Source of the DNA: Terriglobia bacterium
GTDB taxonomy: Bacteria > Acidobacteriota > Terriglobia > JAJPHL01 > JAPKYU01
NCBI GenBank assembly: GCA_965206645.1
Contig: CBDBKE010000003.1
Span: 384,001-448,000 of the forward strand
Direction of reading: 5' to 3'
Length of the DNA: 64,000 bases
The notes beneath the pieces were generated by a model. The model saw only the letters and a program-made list of their open reading frames with translations, ran no database searches and was not told where the DNA came from. Shown piece by piece: positions 30,027-40,163 of this stretch. The stretch's first letter is position 1. Each line of letters opens with the position of its first letter. A program made the position numbers and the translations under genes.

Positions 30027-30361
30027 AGTAGGCAGGCAGTGGCCTAGTCTCGCCAGGGCCTACAGCGATGGGCGGAACATTCCGAGGCGCGGCTGCCGTG
30101 CACCCACGAAATTTGAGGGTCAGGGTCACACGCTTCCTGCTTTTTCTTGGCCTGCTGAGCGGGCTGCTGAGCCTGCTGCCGCAGCGCGAGCCTCACACGC
30201 TGGCGGGCACCCCACACTCCACCACGAGCCTGAACCAGGGAAGCGAGCGCACGGCGTTCACGCTTATTGCGCGAAAGGCACTTGTACCGGGTACGCGGCA
30301 AAATCCAGGATAGATTGAAATTGCCTTCCCCCCGAATGCAGGGAACGAGTGAAAAAGCAAC

Positions 30362-30457
30362 ATGAGCAAACAGAGAGGTTTCTCGCTGATCGAGCAACTT
30401 ACTGTGGTAGCGATCATTGTGGTTGTTGCGCTTTGGCTATGGCTGATCCTGCACTGA
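30362..30457 (+). CDS. Minimal prepilin-type peptide (31 aa)
   Basis: MSKQRG|FSLIEQLTVVAIIVVVALWLWLILH*: class III signal G|F..E5 motif. Confidence 0.55.
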   Translation: MSKQRGFSLIEQLTVVAIIVVVALWLWLILH

Positions 30458-30578
30458 TCGACCCAACGATTGATATAGTTAGCTTGACAGCAGACCTCCG
30501 GATCTTTGGTCAAGGGGCAAGGGCCCCGATTTGAGCCCAAACACGCTTGACGAGAGGGGAGGCAAGGAGAATCTGTTA

Positions 30579-32177
30579 ATGAACAGCTGGCGGCGATTCG
30601 TGTTGACGATTCCGCTGGTGATTCTGTCCTGCGCCGTGTTGGCAGGGGTCTACGGGGGGCGAGTCAAAGCCACTCCGGGCTCTAGCGATGACAATATTCG
30701 GGCCAACCTCAGGTTGCTCACCAAGGTGTACTCGGCGGTGGAGGAAAACTATGCCGACGCGGTAGACCCGGAGAAGGCAATTTACCACGGCGCAATTCAG
30801 GGGATGTTGCGGACCCTGGACCCACACTCGGATTTCTTCGATCCCAAGAGCTTTCAATTACTGCGAGAAAAGCAGCGCGGCAAGTACTACGGGGTCGGCA
30901 TGACGGTGGCTCCACGCGGCGGCGAGACCATCGTGGTGGCGCCGTTCGCTGGCTCGCCTGCTTATCAGGCCGGTCTGCGGCCCGGCGACATTATTGTGCA
31001 GGTGGACGACACACCCACCGATAACCTGTCCACCGGTGAGGTGGTGAAACTGCTGAGGGGACCCAAGGGGATCACTGTACGGGTCCTGGTGTTACGCGAA
31101 GGGACTCCGGCACCGCTGGAGTTTGCCATTACCCGCGCCGAGATTCTTCTCCCCAGCATCGAGCACGCCTTTGAAATTCGGCCCGGCATCGGCTTTATCA
31201 GGATCGCCAGCTTCAGCGAGACCGCCAGCCGGGAACTGGCCAAAGCGCTCAGAAAGCTGAACCACAGGAACCTTCGCGGACTGATCCTGGACCTGCGCGG
31301 CAACCAGGGCGGGTTGCTCTCGGAGGGCGTCAGCGTCGCCGACATGTTCCTGAGCCGGGGCCAGGTGGTTGTCAGCCACCGCGGACGCGCTTCGGGCGAA
31401 AAGGTCTACCGAGCTGCGCGAGGCAATGGGGGAGTGATGTATCCGCTGGTGGTGCTGATCAACCGCCAGAGCGCCAGTGCCGCAGAGATTGTGGCCGGCG
31501 CGGTGCAGGACCACGACCGCGGTCTGGTGGTCGGCGAAACCAGCTTCGGCAAAGGCTTGGTGCAAACCGTGTACCCGCTCAGAGAGAACACGGGATTGGC
31601 CCTAACCACCGCTAGGTATTACACGCCCAGCGGTCGCCTGATCCAGCGAGAGTTCACCGGTATTACTCTTTACGACTACTACTATTATCGGGACGAAGAC
31701 GAATCGGATGACAATGAGCGCCCTGGGCGACAAATCCGGATGACCGACAGCGGGCGCCCCGTCTATGGCGGGGGCGGAATTACGCCCGATGTGAAGATGT
31801 TGACGCCGCCCCTGAAGGGCTTCCTGCGCACCCTGGGGCGGAAATACGCGTTGTTTAACTTCGCCAGGTTTTACCTGGCTACCCACGAGACGATAGGCCG
31901 GGACTTCCAGGTAGACGAGTCGGTGCTGGACGAGTTCCGGCGGTTTCTGGATAGGGAGAAGATCGTCTACACTGAAGAGGATGTTCAGGAACACCTGGAG
32001 ACCATCCAGCGGCGCATCAAGCAGCACCTGTTTATTTCGGTTTTCGGAAAAATGGAAGGGGACCGGAGCGTTCTTGAGACCGACCGGCAGGTGTTGAAGG
32101 CGATCGAACTTCTGCCAAAGGCCAAAGAATTGGCGGAGACCGCTCGGCGCACTTTGGCGCAACAGCTGAACCGCTAG
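30579..32177 (+). CDS. S41 family C-terminal processing peptidase
   Basis: LDPHS, PDZ domain, DLRGNQGG, SASAAEIVAG, SFGKGLVQ. Confidence 0.93.
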   Translation: MNSWRRFVLTIPLVILSCAVLAGVYGGRVKATPGSSDDNIRANLRLLTKVYSAVEENYADAVDPEKAIYHGAIQGMLRTLDPHSDFFDPKSFQLLREKQRGKYYGVGMTVAPRGGETIVVAPFAGSPAYQAGLRPGDIIVQVDDTPTDNLSTGEVVKLLRGPKGITVRVLVLREGTPAPLEFAITRAEILLPSIEHAFEIRPGIGFIRIASFSETASRELAKALRKLNHRNLRGLILDLRGNQGGLLSEGVSVADMFLSRGQVVVSHRGRASGEKVYRAARGNGGVMYPLVVLINRQSASAAEIVAGAVQDHDRGLVVGETSFGKGLVQTVYPLRENTGLALTTARYYTPSGRLIQREFTGITLYDYYYYRDEDESDDNERPGRQIRMTDSGRPVYGGGGITPDVKMLTPPLKGFLRTLGRKYALFNFARFYLATHETIGRDFQVDESVLDEFRRFLDREKIVYTEEDVQEHLETIQRRIKQHLFISVFGKMEGDRSVLETDRQVLKAIELLPKAKELAETARRTLAQQLNR

Positions 32178-32370
32178 GAAACTGCCCGCCGGAAATCTAT
32201 CCAACCGTGTGGTGGGAAATGGTGAAAGGCCCGCCTCGGGCCAAGTTCTCCTGGTTCTCGTTGACAGAATTGCACCGTAAGGTTACCGTCGCAGAAGATG
32301 CATGGGAGAAGCTGGGGCGGGTACCCCGGGACCGCAAGGGGACAATGCTACCGAGAGAAGGATTGCTAAG

Positions 32371-32655
32371 TTGGACGAGCAGCTGAAGCAGCTGATGAAG
32401 GAGATGAGCGACGCGATCAACGAATCGCTGTTGGAATCTGAGCGGATTGGCGAAGTCATCGGCAACATCAAGCACGCCGGCTACGACGTCTTTCTGGTGC
32501 TGGAAGCTAAGATCGGATTTAACCGGCGGGAAGAAAGCATCAAGAAAGAGCCGCTGAAGAGCGTGACGAATCCCTCGGGACGACTGCGGTTCACCACCCA
32601 GGACACGAAATTCCTCAAGGCGTTGAAGATTTCCGTTGACGAAGACATGCACTAA
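32371..32655 (+). CDS. Conserved hypothetical protein (start uncertain)
   Basis: LKQLMKE..DAINESL.ES.RI...GYDVFLVLEA.IGF...D.KFLKALKI. Confidence 0.65.
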   Translation: MDEQLKQLMKEMSDAINESLLESERIGEVIGNIKHAGYDVFLVLEAKIGFNRREESIKKEPLKSVTNPSGRLRFTTQDTKFLKALKISVDEDMH

Positions 32656-32793
32656 CCTCGCAACCCCCCCAAGACTTTCCCCGGATTCTCTCCCGTACGT
32701 TCCTGATCGCAGGCAACCTTTTCCGCAGCTTGGTTCGCCGGTCCCACCGCAACGGAAGCCCGCGATGCTAACCACGAGAGGTCATCGTGACTT

Positions 32794-32861
32794 GAGGTTG
32801 ACACGGAGGGCGACGGGCGTATGCTTTTGGTCGAAGGGGAAGGGCAAATCGAAAATTCCGG
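32794..32861 (+). mobile_element. Orphan IS1380-type right end with outward promoter
   Basis: Colinear similarity to 28723-28790, ending caaatcgaaaattccgg; TTGACA-16 bp-TATGCT. Confidence 0.6.
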
Positions 32862-33004
32862 ATAACTACAGGTGTAACAACTAAGCCCGTCCGTTTGAAA
32901 GCTGTGCTCGGTTGCACCCAAAGTGGGTGTATATTTTCAATCGCCGGAAGGCCGAAAAGGAAATTCCGGCTCCAATGCCGACCATCCTCCCCTCGGTAAG
33001 CGAC

Positions 33005-34597
33005 ATGACTCGTGTCCTCGGCTGCAGCATCTTGCTCGCAACAGCCGCTGCCGCGCAGGTATACACGATTGAGACCATCGCGGGAGGCGGAGATGGAGTT
33101 GGCGACGACGGCCCGGCTATCAGAGCCAAGTTGACAGAACCAACCGGTGTGGCGGTAGACGCCGCCGGCAACATCTACATTGCAGATCGGCACAATCACC
33201 GCGTACGCAAGGTCGACAGCTCAGGAACCATCAGCACCTTTGCGGGCACGGGGGTGGGCACGAGGGACTATGGTTTCAACGGGGATGGCGGACCAGCGGA
33301 CCGCGCCTTGTTGGCTTTCCCTGAAGGGGTGGTTGTGGACGCCGTGGGCAACGTCTACATCGCAGATACGGACAACCATCGTATCCGCATGGTCGATGCC
33401 TCGGGCATCATTCATACTATCGCGGGCTCGGGAGAGAGTGGTTTTGACGGGGACGACGGCCCGGCCATCAGTGCCTTGTTGAGCGAACCCAGCGGAGTGG
33501 CGACGGACGGGGCGGGCAACCTCTACATCGCCGATTCGAGGAACCACCGGATCCGCAAGGTCGACGCCTCGGGCATCATTCATACTATCGCGGGCACGGG
33601 GGTGGGAGGCGCCACAAGGGAGGGCGGTTTGGCCGTCGAGTCTGATCTATTTAGGCCTCTCGATGTGGCGGTGGACGGTGCTGGCAATATATACATCGCG
33701 GACTTCACTCGCATCTTCAAGGTCGACATCTCGGGTATAATCCGCACTTTCGGGGGGACGGGACGGGCGGAAACTGGCGCTAACGTCTTCGCCCCTCGCG
33801 GCGTGGCGGTAGACGCCGTCGGCAACGTCTACTTTACTAACCCTTCCTTACCCGGTATCCGCAAGGTTGACGTCTCGGGCGCCATTAGTACAGTCGTCGA
33901 ATTGGTGGAAGAGGATAATCTTCCCCGAGGTCTGGCGGTCGACACCTCCGGAATCGTTTACTTCACGGACATCATAAACTTTCGGGTTTACAAGGTCGAC
34001 GCCTCGGGTGCCCTGACCACCATCGCCGGCCTGGGAGTGGGGGACTATAGCGGGGACGGCGGCCCGGCCACGAAAGTCAAATTGGAATTTCCTAGAAACG
34101 TGGCGGTGGACGGCACGGGGAACGTGTATATCCAAGACTTCTCCCGCATTCGCAAGGTTGATGTTTCGGGCATCATTGACACTATCGCGGGCACGGGAGA
34201 AAGAGGCTTTGGCGGAGACGGCGGTCCGGCCACCAGTGCTTTGTTGACTTTCCCTCAAGGAGTGGCGACGGACGGCGCGGGCAACCTCTACATCGCAGAT
34301 GCGGAGAACCACCGCATTCGTGTGGTCGATAGCACGGGTGTCATTCGCACTATCGCGGGTACGGGAGAGGACGGGTTCGGCGGGGACGGCGGCCCGGCGG
34401 TCCAGGCCCAGCTAAACTACCCCCCTGGCGTGGCGCTGGACGATGCGGGCAACGTCTACATCGCCGATACGCACAACCACCGGATCCGAATCCTGACGCC
34501 TGCCGGTGGTGAGCGAGCGCCACTGTTAGAAGAAATACGCGGTCTTCTTCGACTACGATCTGCGGTCCCGACACGCACGTTAGGAGGGAAAAAGTGA
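33005..34597 (+). CDS. Secreted NHL-repeat protein
   Basis: Repeated P.GVAVD..GN.YIAD..NHRIR and GDGGPA units. Confidence 0.93.
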   Translation: MTRVLGCSILLATAAAAQVYTIETIAGGGDGVGDDGPAIRAKLTEPTGVAVDAAGNIYIADRHNHRVRKVDSSGTISTFAGTGVGTRDYGFNGDGGPADRALLAFPEGVVVDAVGNVYIADTDNHRIRMVDASGIIHTIAGSGESGFDGDDGPAISALLSEPSGVATDGAGNLYIADSRNHRIRKVDASGIIHTIAGTGVGGATREGGLAVESDLFRPLDVAVDGAGNIYIADFTRIFKVDISGIIRTFGGTGRAETGANVFAPRGVAVDAVGNVYFTNPSLPGIRKVDVSGAISTVVELVEEDNLPRGLAVDTSGIVYFTDIINFRVYKVDASGALTTIAGLGVGDYSGDGGPATKVKLEFPRNVAVDGTGNVYIQDFSRIRKVDVSGIIDTIAGTGERGFGGDGGPATSALLTFPQGVATDGAGNLYIADAENHRIRVVDSTGVIRTIAGTGEDGFGGDGGPAVQAQLNYPPGVALDDAGNVYIADTHNHRIRILTPAGGERAPLLEEIRGLLRLRSAVPTRTLGGKK

Positions 34598-34696
34598 TGA
34601 ACTCCGCAAGAGCAAAGCCCTCGGGGACGGTTGTGGTTGAACGCGGTCCGGTCAGCCTGGCCGTAGATTCAAAAAGAAGAGAAGGATGGAGAGGAA

Positions 34697-35310
34697 TGTT
34701 CAAATTCAATCTGTTTGCGGCCATGCTATGTCTGTTAACCCTAAACTTGATGGCGCAAACCGTGCCGCGGCCCGCAGGTCCCTACTTCGAGCCACTCCTG
34801 GATTGGCAATACAGAGCAGGAATATCGAAGCGCGACATCGTGATCGCCCCCGGCGACAGCATCATTCCCCAGATTGCAAACAGTGGGACCCCGCAAAACG
34901 GGGGATTCTTTATGATCTTCCAGGCCAGTAATGTCTCGACGACCATGGCGACGTTCCAAGTGGACTTCTTCGACCCGAACGGGGAATCCATGAACATGCC
35001 ACTCGCAACAAGTCCCGATGACCTGACTGGCACACCTGCCCGTGGATTTCAGGGGGCCCTCTCCCCGGGCGGTTACGGTGCGCAAGTTACGATTCCAGAC
35101 GGCTCTCCCACGGCCATTGGTTATGCCGTGGTGACCATGAATCCGGCCAAATCGGTTGCAGTCAACGCGACGTTCTTGCAGTTAGTTCCAGGGCACCCGC
35201 TGTTTATGGCCGGCGTGCCACTGTCGAACGTCCTTCACAAGACGGCATTCATGCCGTACCTGTCAGGGGCTGGGTTCACTCCCACCCTGGCTTTGGTGTC
35301 GCTGCAGTCT
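34697..35310 (+). pseudogene. Secreted protein, 5' fragment (interrupted by IS3)
   Basis: Signal peptide; stop codon supplied by the IS3 end; frame resumes at 40121 on the minus strand. Confidence 0.8.
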
Positions 35311-35377
35311 TGACCTGACCGGCACTTTTTGTACCAAGTGGAAAGAGAGAGAATCCACTTGAGGAGGAAGTGAGGTC

Positions 35378-35656
35378 ATGCCGACAAGGAGTTACAAGCC
35401 GGAGCAGATTGTAGCGGTGCTACGGCAGATAGAAGTGCAGATGGGGAACGGGAAGACTGCGCCCCAAGCCTGCAAAGAAGCTGGAATCCACACCCAAACC
35501 TACTACCGGTGGCGGAAGGAATACGGCGGGCTGAAGGTGGTGCAGGCAAAACGGCTAAAGGAGTTGGAGAAGGAAAACACGCGGCTGAAGCGGTTGGTAG
35601 CGGAGCTTTCTCTGGAGAAGCAGGTACTGCGGGATGTGGCACAGGGAAACTTCTGA
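35378..35656 (+). CDS. IS3 transposase OrfA
   Basis: HTH; TYYRWRKEYGGL..KRLKELEKENTRLKRLVA. Confidence 0.9.
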   Translation: MPTRSYKPEQIVAVLRQIEVQMGNGKTAPQACKEAGIHTQTYYRWRKEYGGLKVVQAKRLKELEKENTRLKRLVAELSLEKQVLRDVAQGNF

Positions 35657-36603
35657 GCCCTGAGCGGCGGCGTTGTGCGGTGGAGCGTGCGTGGGAGCAA
35701 CACGGGTTGTCGGAACGGCATGCCTGCCGGCTGCTGGGGCAATGGCGAGGGACACAACGATACGAGCCGATTCATCGGGTGGACGAGGATGCTCTGACCC
35801 GAGCGATCATTGCCCTGGGAGCGAAGTACGGGCGATATGGCTACCGGAGGATCACAGCGTTGCTGCGGAGTGCGGGCTGGGAAGTGGGCAAGGACCGGGT
35901 GCAGCGGATTTGGCGGCGGGAAGGGCTGAAAGTGCCGCAAAAACAAAGGCCGCGAGGACGGCTGTGGCTGAACGACGGTTCCTGTGTACGACTGAGGCCG
36001 GAGCGACCGAACCACGTGTGGAGCTACGACTTCATGAGTGCCAGAACGCACGAGGGGAGAACGCTGCGGCTGCTGACCTTGCTGGATGAGTACACGCGGG
36101 AATGCCTGGCGATCCGGGTGGAGCGGAGGATGGGCAGCCAACAAATCATTGAGGCGTTGTCGGACGTGATGTTGTGGCGAGGGATACCGGAACAGATTCG
36201 ATCCGACAATGGTCCCGAGTTCATCGCCAAACAACTGCGCCAGTGGTTGGCAAATCTAGGGACCGGGACACTGTACATCGAACCGGGCAGTCCCTGGGAG
36301 AACGGGTACTGCGAGAGTTTCAATGGGAAGCTGCGGGACGAATGCCTGAATGGAGAGATCTTTTACTCCTTGAAGGAGGCACAGGTGGTGATTGAACAGT
36401 GGAGGGTGCAATACAACACGGTGCGGCCGCACTCGGCGCTCGGCTATAGGCCCCCGGCGCCGGGGGCCTATAGAGCCTGTGTGGAAACTCGGTTTAGCTG
36501 GCTGGAAATCAAAAGGGATCATGATTCGCTCCAGAATTCTGGTGTTTCGATCTTCGCCGAGTCGCCGGTCCGGGAGTCTGCTGAACTAGCCTTCCTGATT
36601 TAG
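35653..36603 (+). CDS. IS3 transposase OrfB (C-terminus replaced by IS1182 sequence)
   Basis: WSYDF, RSDNGPEF, ENGYCESFNGKLRDECL. Confidence 0.88.
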   Translation: MSPERRRCAVERAWEQHGLSERHACRLLGQWRGTQRYEPIHRVDEDALTRAIIALGAKYGRYGYRRITALLRSAGWEVGKDRVQRIWRREGLKVPQKQRPRGRLWLNDGSCVRLRPERPNHVWSYDFMSARTHEGRTLRLLTLLDEYTRECLAIRVERRMGSQQIIEALSDVMLWRGIPEQIRSDNGPEFIAKQLRQWLANLGTGTLYIEPGSPWENGYCESFNGKLRDECLNGEIFYSLKEAQVVIEQWRVQYNTVRPHSALGYRPPAPGAYRACVETRFSWLEIKRDHDSLQNSGVSIFAESPVRESAELAFLI

Positions 36604-37866
36604 CTTCGGTTTGTTGCGCCACAGGCGGGTGAGGTTGAAGGCCGTTGCGGCCAGCGCGAACTCCACCGCGACCTTCTCCAGGCCCCGCCGCCGGAACTGC
36701 CGCATTCCACGCTGTTCTTTCAAAACCCCGATCACTGGTTCCACGATCGCCTTGCGCCGCTGATAAACCGCCCGGCCGGCCGGGTCGCGCAGCTTGCGTC
36801 GCATTCGCCGATGTTCCGGATGCCGTACAGCAGGTGCTCCGGGCGCGCGTTGGCCTCGGTTCAGTTCCCGCGCCAAGTTCGAGTCGGGCACATAGACGTC
36901 CAGGCCACGCTGGGCCAGTTCCACGATGGTCTCCAAGCAAAAGAAGCCGCTGTCGGCGCTGACCTTCTGCGGGCGTTCCCGGCAGCGCCGCTCGACCGCC
37001 TCCACCAGAGGGACCAGCGTCGCGTTGTCGGTGGCGTTTTGCCCCACGTGCTGCTCGACAATCAGATGATCTTCGCTGACCGCCACCTCCGCCGTGTAAC
37101 CCAGCGTGAATCCCTTGCGGTCGCGCAAAAACCGGCTGTCGGGATCGGTTTCCGAACGCCGCTTCAGCCCGCTTTTGCGCAACCGCTCCAGGCATCGCGG
37201 GATTTCTTCCAGCCGCTTCTCCAGCGCTGCCATCTGCTTGCCGCTCAGTTGCTGGCCAGCCGCTTCCTCGCAGGACTGCGTGTCACATTGTTTCTGCCAG
37301 CGACGAATCTGCCGCCGAATTTTGGCTCGCTCTGCCCTCAACTTGGCCACCGTCTCCACCCGGTCCTGCGAGGCGTTGGCCGCCACCCGCGTCGAGTCCA
37401 TGGCCACGTGTCCCAGCCGCCCCATCCCCAGCGACCGCGCCAACTCCACCACCTGTGTGAACAGATCGTTCAGGGCACGGGCGTGCCGCGTCCGAAACTG
37501 GTTCAGCGTCCAAAAGTCCGGCCCCGCTCCGGCCGCCAGATAACGGAACGCCAGGTCCTCCCGCACCCGCTGTTCCAGACGGCGGGCCGAGGTCACGCCC
37601 AGCGCGTAGGCATACAGCCACACCTTCAGCAACAGCGCCGGATGATAGGCCGGGCGGCCTTCTTCCACGTAGCCCTGCTCAAACGCACTCAGTTCCAGCC
37701 GCTCCACGACTTGGTGCACAAAAAAACAGATGTGATCTTCTCCCAGCACCTCCCGCACGCTGGGCGGTAGCAGATACGCTTGCTCCGGGTTGTAGGTCAA
37801 GAATTTCATCGCGCCCCCTTAAGGCGCATTATACGTGACTCGCAAGAGCGGTTTTCACACAGACTC
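36473..37866 (-). mobile_element. IS1182 family element, copy A (1394 bp)
   Basis: IRs gagcctgtgtggaaac / gttttcacacagactc; TATA duplication. Confidence 0.92.
36586..37809 (-). CDS. IS1182 family transposase
   Basis: GRPAYHP.LLLK...YAY..G..S.R.LE, MDST, TDPDSR, ADSGF, Y.RRK.IVEPV.G. Confidence 0.92.
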   Translation of the reverse strand: MKFLTYNPEQAYLLPPSVREVLGEDHICFFVHQVVERLELSAFEQGYVEEGRPAYHPALLLKVWLYAYALGVTSARRLEQRVREDLAFRYLAAGAGPDFWTLNQFRTRHARALNDLFTQVVELARSLGMGRLGHVAMDSTRVAANASQDRVETVAKLRAERAKIRRQIRRWQKQCDTQSCEEAAGQQLSGKQMAALEKRLEEIPRCLERLRKSGLKRRSETDPDSRFLRDRKGFTLGYTAEVAVSEDHLIVEQHVGQNATDNATLVPLVEAVERRCRERPQKVSADSGFFCLETIVELAQRGLDVYVPDSNLARELNRGQRAPGAPAVRHPEHRRMRRKLRDPAGRAVYQRRKAIVEPVIGVLKEQRGMRQFRRRGLEKVAVEFALAATAFNLTRLWRNKPKLNQEG

Positions 37867-37958
37867 TATAGCCCTCCCCTGCCACTGAAACCAGTTTCAC
37901 AGCCCCAGGCTGCGATGTAAACTCTCACTACGGTTGGTACAAAAAATCGGTCTGGTCA

Positions 37959-38010
37959 GTCGAATCAAACGTAAGGCTGGCCGTACAGCGATCACCGTCA
38001 TCGTAGTTAA
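37959..38010 (-). pseudogene. Third fragment of the disrupted secreted protein (NYDDGDRCTASLTFDS)
   Basis: In frame with 39669-40121 once IS1380 and one GTTAA are removed. Confidence 0.7.
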
Positions 38011-39668
38011 CCCGGATTTCCGTTTTGAAACTCCAAAGCTAACCTTATACTGACCTCCGACGCCAATATTTATGCCGGTTCCAGCGTCAATACAGCTTCC
38101 GGAGGTAGAAACCGAGTGGGTGAGAGGCAAAATCAGCCCTTTCAGTTCTCTTTCAATGCTGCATTGAAGGTCGATTTCCAGGGGTCGCGGGTTACTTCCG
38201 ACGGCGGCCTGATCCTCGTGCGCGAATCAGACGAACATTTGGGATTCGGAGAACTCATCAAACAGCACTTGGCCGATCCTCGGAGAAAGAACACACGGTT
38301 GCCCTTTGCTGACCTCCTGCGCCAGTCCGTGTACAGCCGCTTGGCGGGTTACGAAGATATGAATGACGCGGAACGGCTCTCTCAAGATCCGACGTTCCGG
38401 CTGATCGGTTCAGAAAAGATCTGGGAGCGAGGAGCCGCGTTGACTTCCCGGCTGCAATCGTTCGAGACAGAACTACTGACGCAAGATGAGAACCTGGCTG
38501 GTTTGGCAGCGATCAACCGGGATTTAATCGCCAGGGCGGAAGCTATGGATTCCCCGCAACGGGTGGTGCTGGACATGGACTCGACCGAGATTCCGGTCTA
38601 CGGCCAGCAGGAGCAGAGTGCCTACAACGGGCATTTCGAGTCGAGCTGCTATCACCCGTTGTTGCTGTTCAATCGCGAGGGTGACTGTCTGGCGGCCAAG
38701 CTGCGACCGGGCAACGTGCACAGCGCCGAGGACTGGAAAGAACTTCTCCTGCCGGAGATCGAGCGGCAGCAGCAGCTGGGCAAGGAAGTGGTGTTTCGTG
38801 CCGACGCGGCCTTTGCCAAGCCGGAGATTTACGAGGCTCTGGAGGAGCGGGAGGTAAAGTACGCCATCCGCATCCCGGCTAACGACAGCCTACAGCGGGA
38901 CATTGAGGAGTTGCTGACTCGGCCGGTGGGGAGACCCAGCAAGAAGCCGTTGGTGGAGTTCAAGGGCTTTCTATACCAAGCGGCCAGTTGGAAGACAGCC
39001 CGCAGGGTGGTGGCCAAGGTGGAGCATCATCCAGGGGAGCTGTTCCCGCGAGTAGGGTTTATCGTTACGAACTTGACTCTGCCAAGTCGGGCGGTGATGC
39101 GGTTTTACAACAAGCGGGGGACAGCGGAGCAGTGGATCAAAGAAGGAGAGCAAGCAGTGAAGATGACGCGGCTCAGTTGTCACCGGTTCCGGTCGAACGA
39201 GGTCCGGCTGTGGCTCACCATCATTGCCTATAATCTCGGCAACCTGTGGCGGCGACTGGTGCTGCCACAGAGAATCGGGAACTGGTCCCTGACGAGCTTG
39301 CAACAGCGGTTGGTGAAAACGGGAGGACGGCTGGTGAAACATGCGCGATATTACTGGCTTTTGCTGGCCGAAGGGCACTTGAGCCGGAGGCTGTTCAGCA
39401 GCATGCTGCGAACGATCTCGGCACTGCCGCTGCCAGACGGCTAGCGAACCGGGAGAGAGGGTAATTTTAGGTGCTCAGAAGTGGTCGGGCCGGATAAGTG
39501 TCAGCGGCGCGGCAGGCTGGGCAGGCGAACCCCGCACAGCGACTCCGAAGAACAGCCAAAATGTGCCGCACTACCACCTCAAAGAGGCCAGAGCTGTTTG
39601 CGGTTGACACGACAGGGTACGAGGCATAGCTTTTCGGGTGAAGAGGAAGCTCGAAATGGAAATTCCGG
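38011..39668 (+). mobile_element. IS1380 family element, copy 2 (1658 bp)
   Basis: Same IRs as copy 1; 5-bp TSD GTTAA at 38006-38010 and 39669-39673. Confidence 0.93.
38116..39444 (+). CDS. IS1380 family transposase
   Basis: Protein identical to 27238..28566. Confidence 0.93.
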   Translation: MGERQNQPFQFSFNAALKVDFQGSRVTSDGGLILVRESDEHLGFGELIKQHLADPRRKNTRLPFADLLRQSVYSRLAGYEDMNDAERLSQDPTFRLIGSEKIWERGAALTSRLQSFETELLTQDENLAGLAAINRDLIARAEAMDSPQRVVLDMDSTEIPVYGQQEQSAYNGHFESSCYHPLLLFNREGDCLAAKLRPGNVHSAEDWKELLLPEIERQQQLGKEVVFRADAAFAKPEIYEALEEREVKYAIRIPANDSLQRDIEELLTRPVGRPSKKPLVEFKGFLYQAASWKTARRVVAKVEHHPGELFPRVGFIVTNLTLPSRAVMRFYNKRGTAEQWIKEGEQAVKMTRLSCHRFRSNEVRLWLTIIAYNLGNLWRRLVLPQRIGNWSLTSLQQRLVKTGGRLVKHARYYWLLLAEGHLSRRLFSSMLRTISALPLPDG

Positions 39669-40121
39669 GTTAAACGTTAACGTTCCCGTATTCGAACCTG
39701 TGTTCCGATAGGTATAGCTTCCCGTATAGGTGTCCGCGCCCTCGGTTTCCCTGAAACGCCCAGGACTGACAAAATCCACATAGGCTGTCGGGTAGTTCGT
39801 CGCTCCCCGTTTACCAACGAAGAGATCGTTGAACGCAGCTTCGTCTGCCGGAGCGAACATCTCGCCCGTAACTCGCGCCAAGCTCGTCCAGATCGGCTGG
39901 GTCACAAACGCTCCTTCGTCATGCGCTTTAAAGCCAATCCCTGTTATGGAGCCAGGCAACAGAGGATCTCCGCGAATTTCAAGCGTTCCCTCCGACGTAG
40001 ACGTACAGGAAAGAACGTCCCTTAACAGGAACGCTCGGTGATGCCTGGCACCGAAGTTCATTGTGGCTCTACAGAGTTCGGCCCCGTCAAAGCCGGTGCG
40101 CGCAATCAGTGTCACATCCTG
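39669..40121 (-). pseudogene. Middle fragment of the disrupted secreted protein (inverted)
   Basis: QDVTLIARTG...NTGTLTFN; joined to 35310 through the GTCT TSD. Confidence 0.8.
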
Positions 40122-40163
40122 AGACTGACCAGACCGATTTTTTGTACCAACCGTAGTGAGAGT

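Larger units (their letters stand above)
35311..37958 (+). mobile_element. IS3 family (IS407-type) copy 1 with nested IS1182
   Basis: IRs tgacctgaccggcacttttt / aaaaatcggtctggtca; GGGAAACTTCTGAGCCC orfA/orfB junction. Confidence 0.93.

Noticed and set aside
30068-30313. 81-aa ORF with a hydrophobic stretch
   Set aside because: No recognisable motif or clear RBS.
33005-34597. NHL internal DNA repeats as a diversity-generating system
   Set aside because: Ordinary protein repeats; no reverse transcriptase, and no adenine-specific template/variable pair was noticed.
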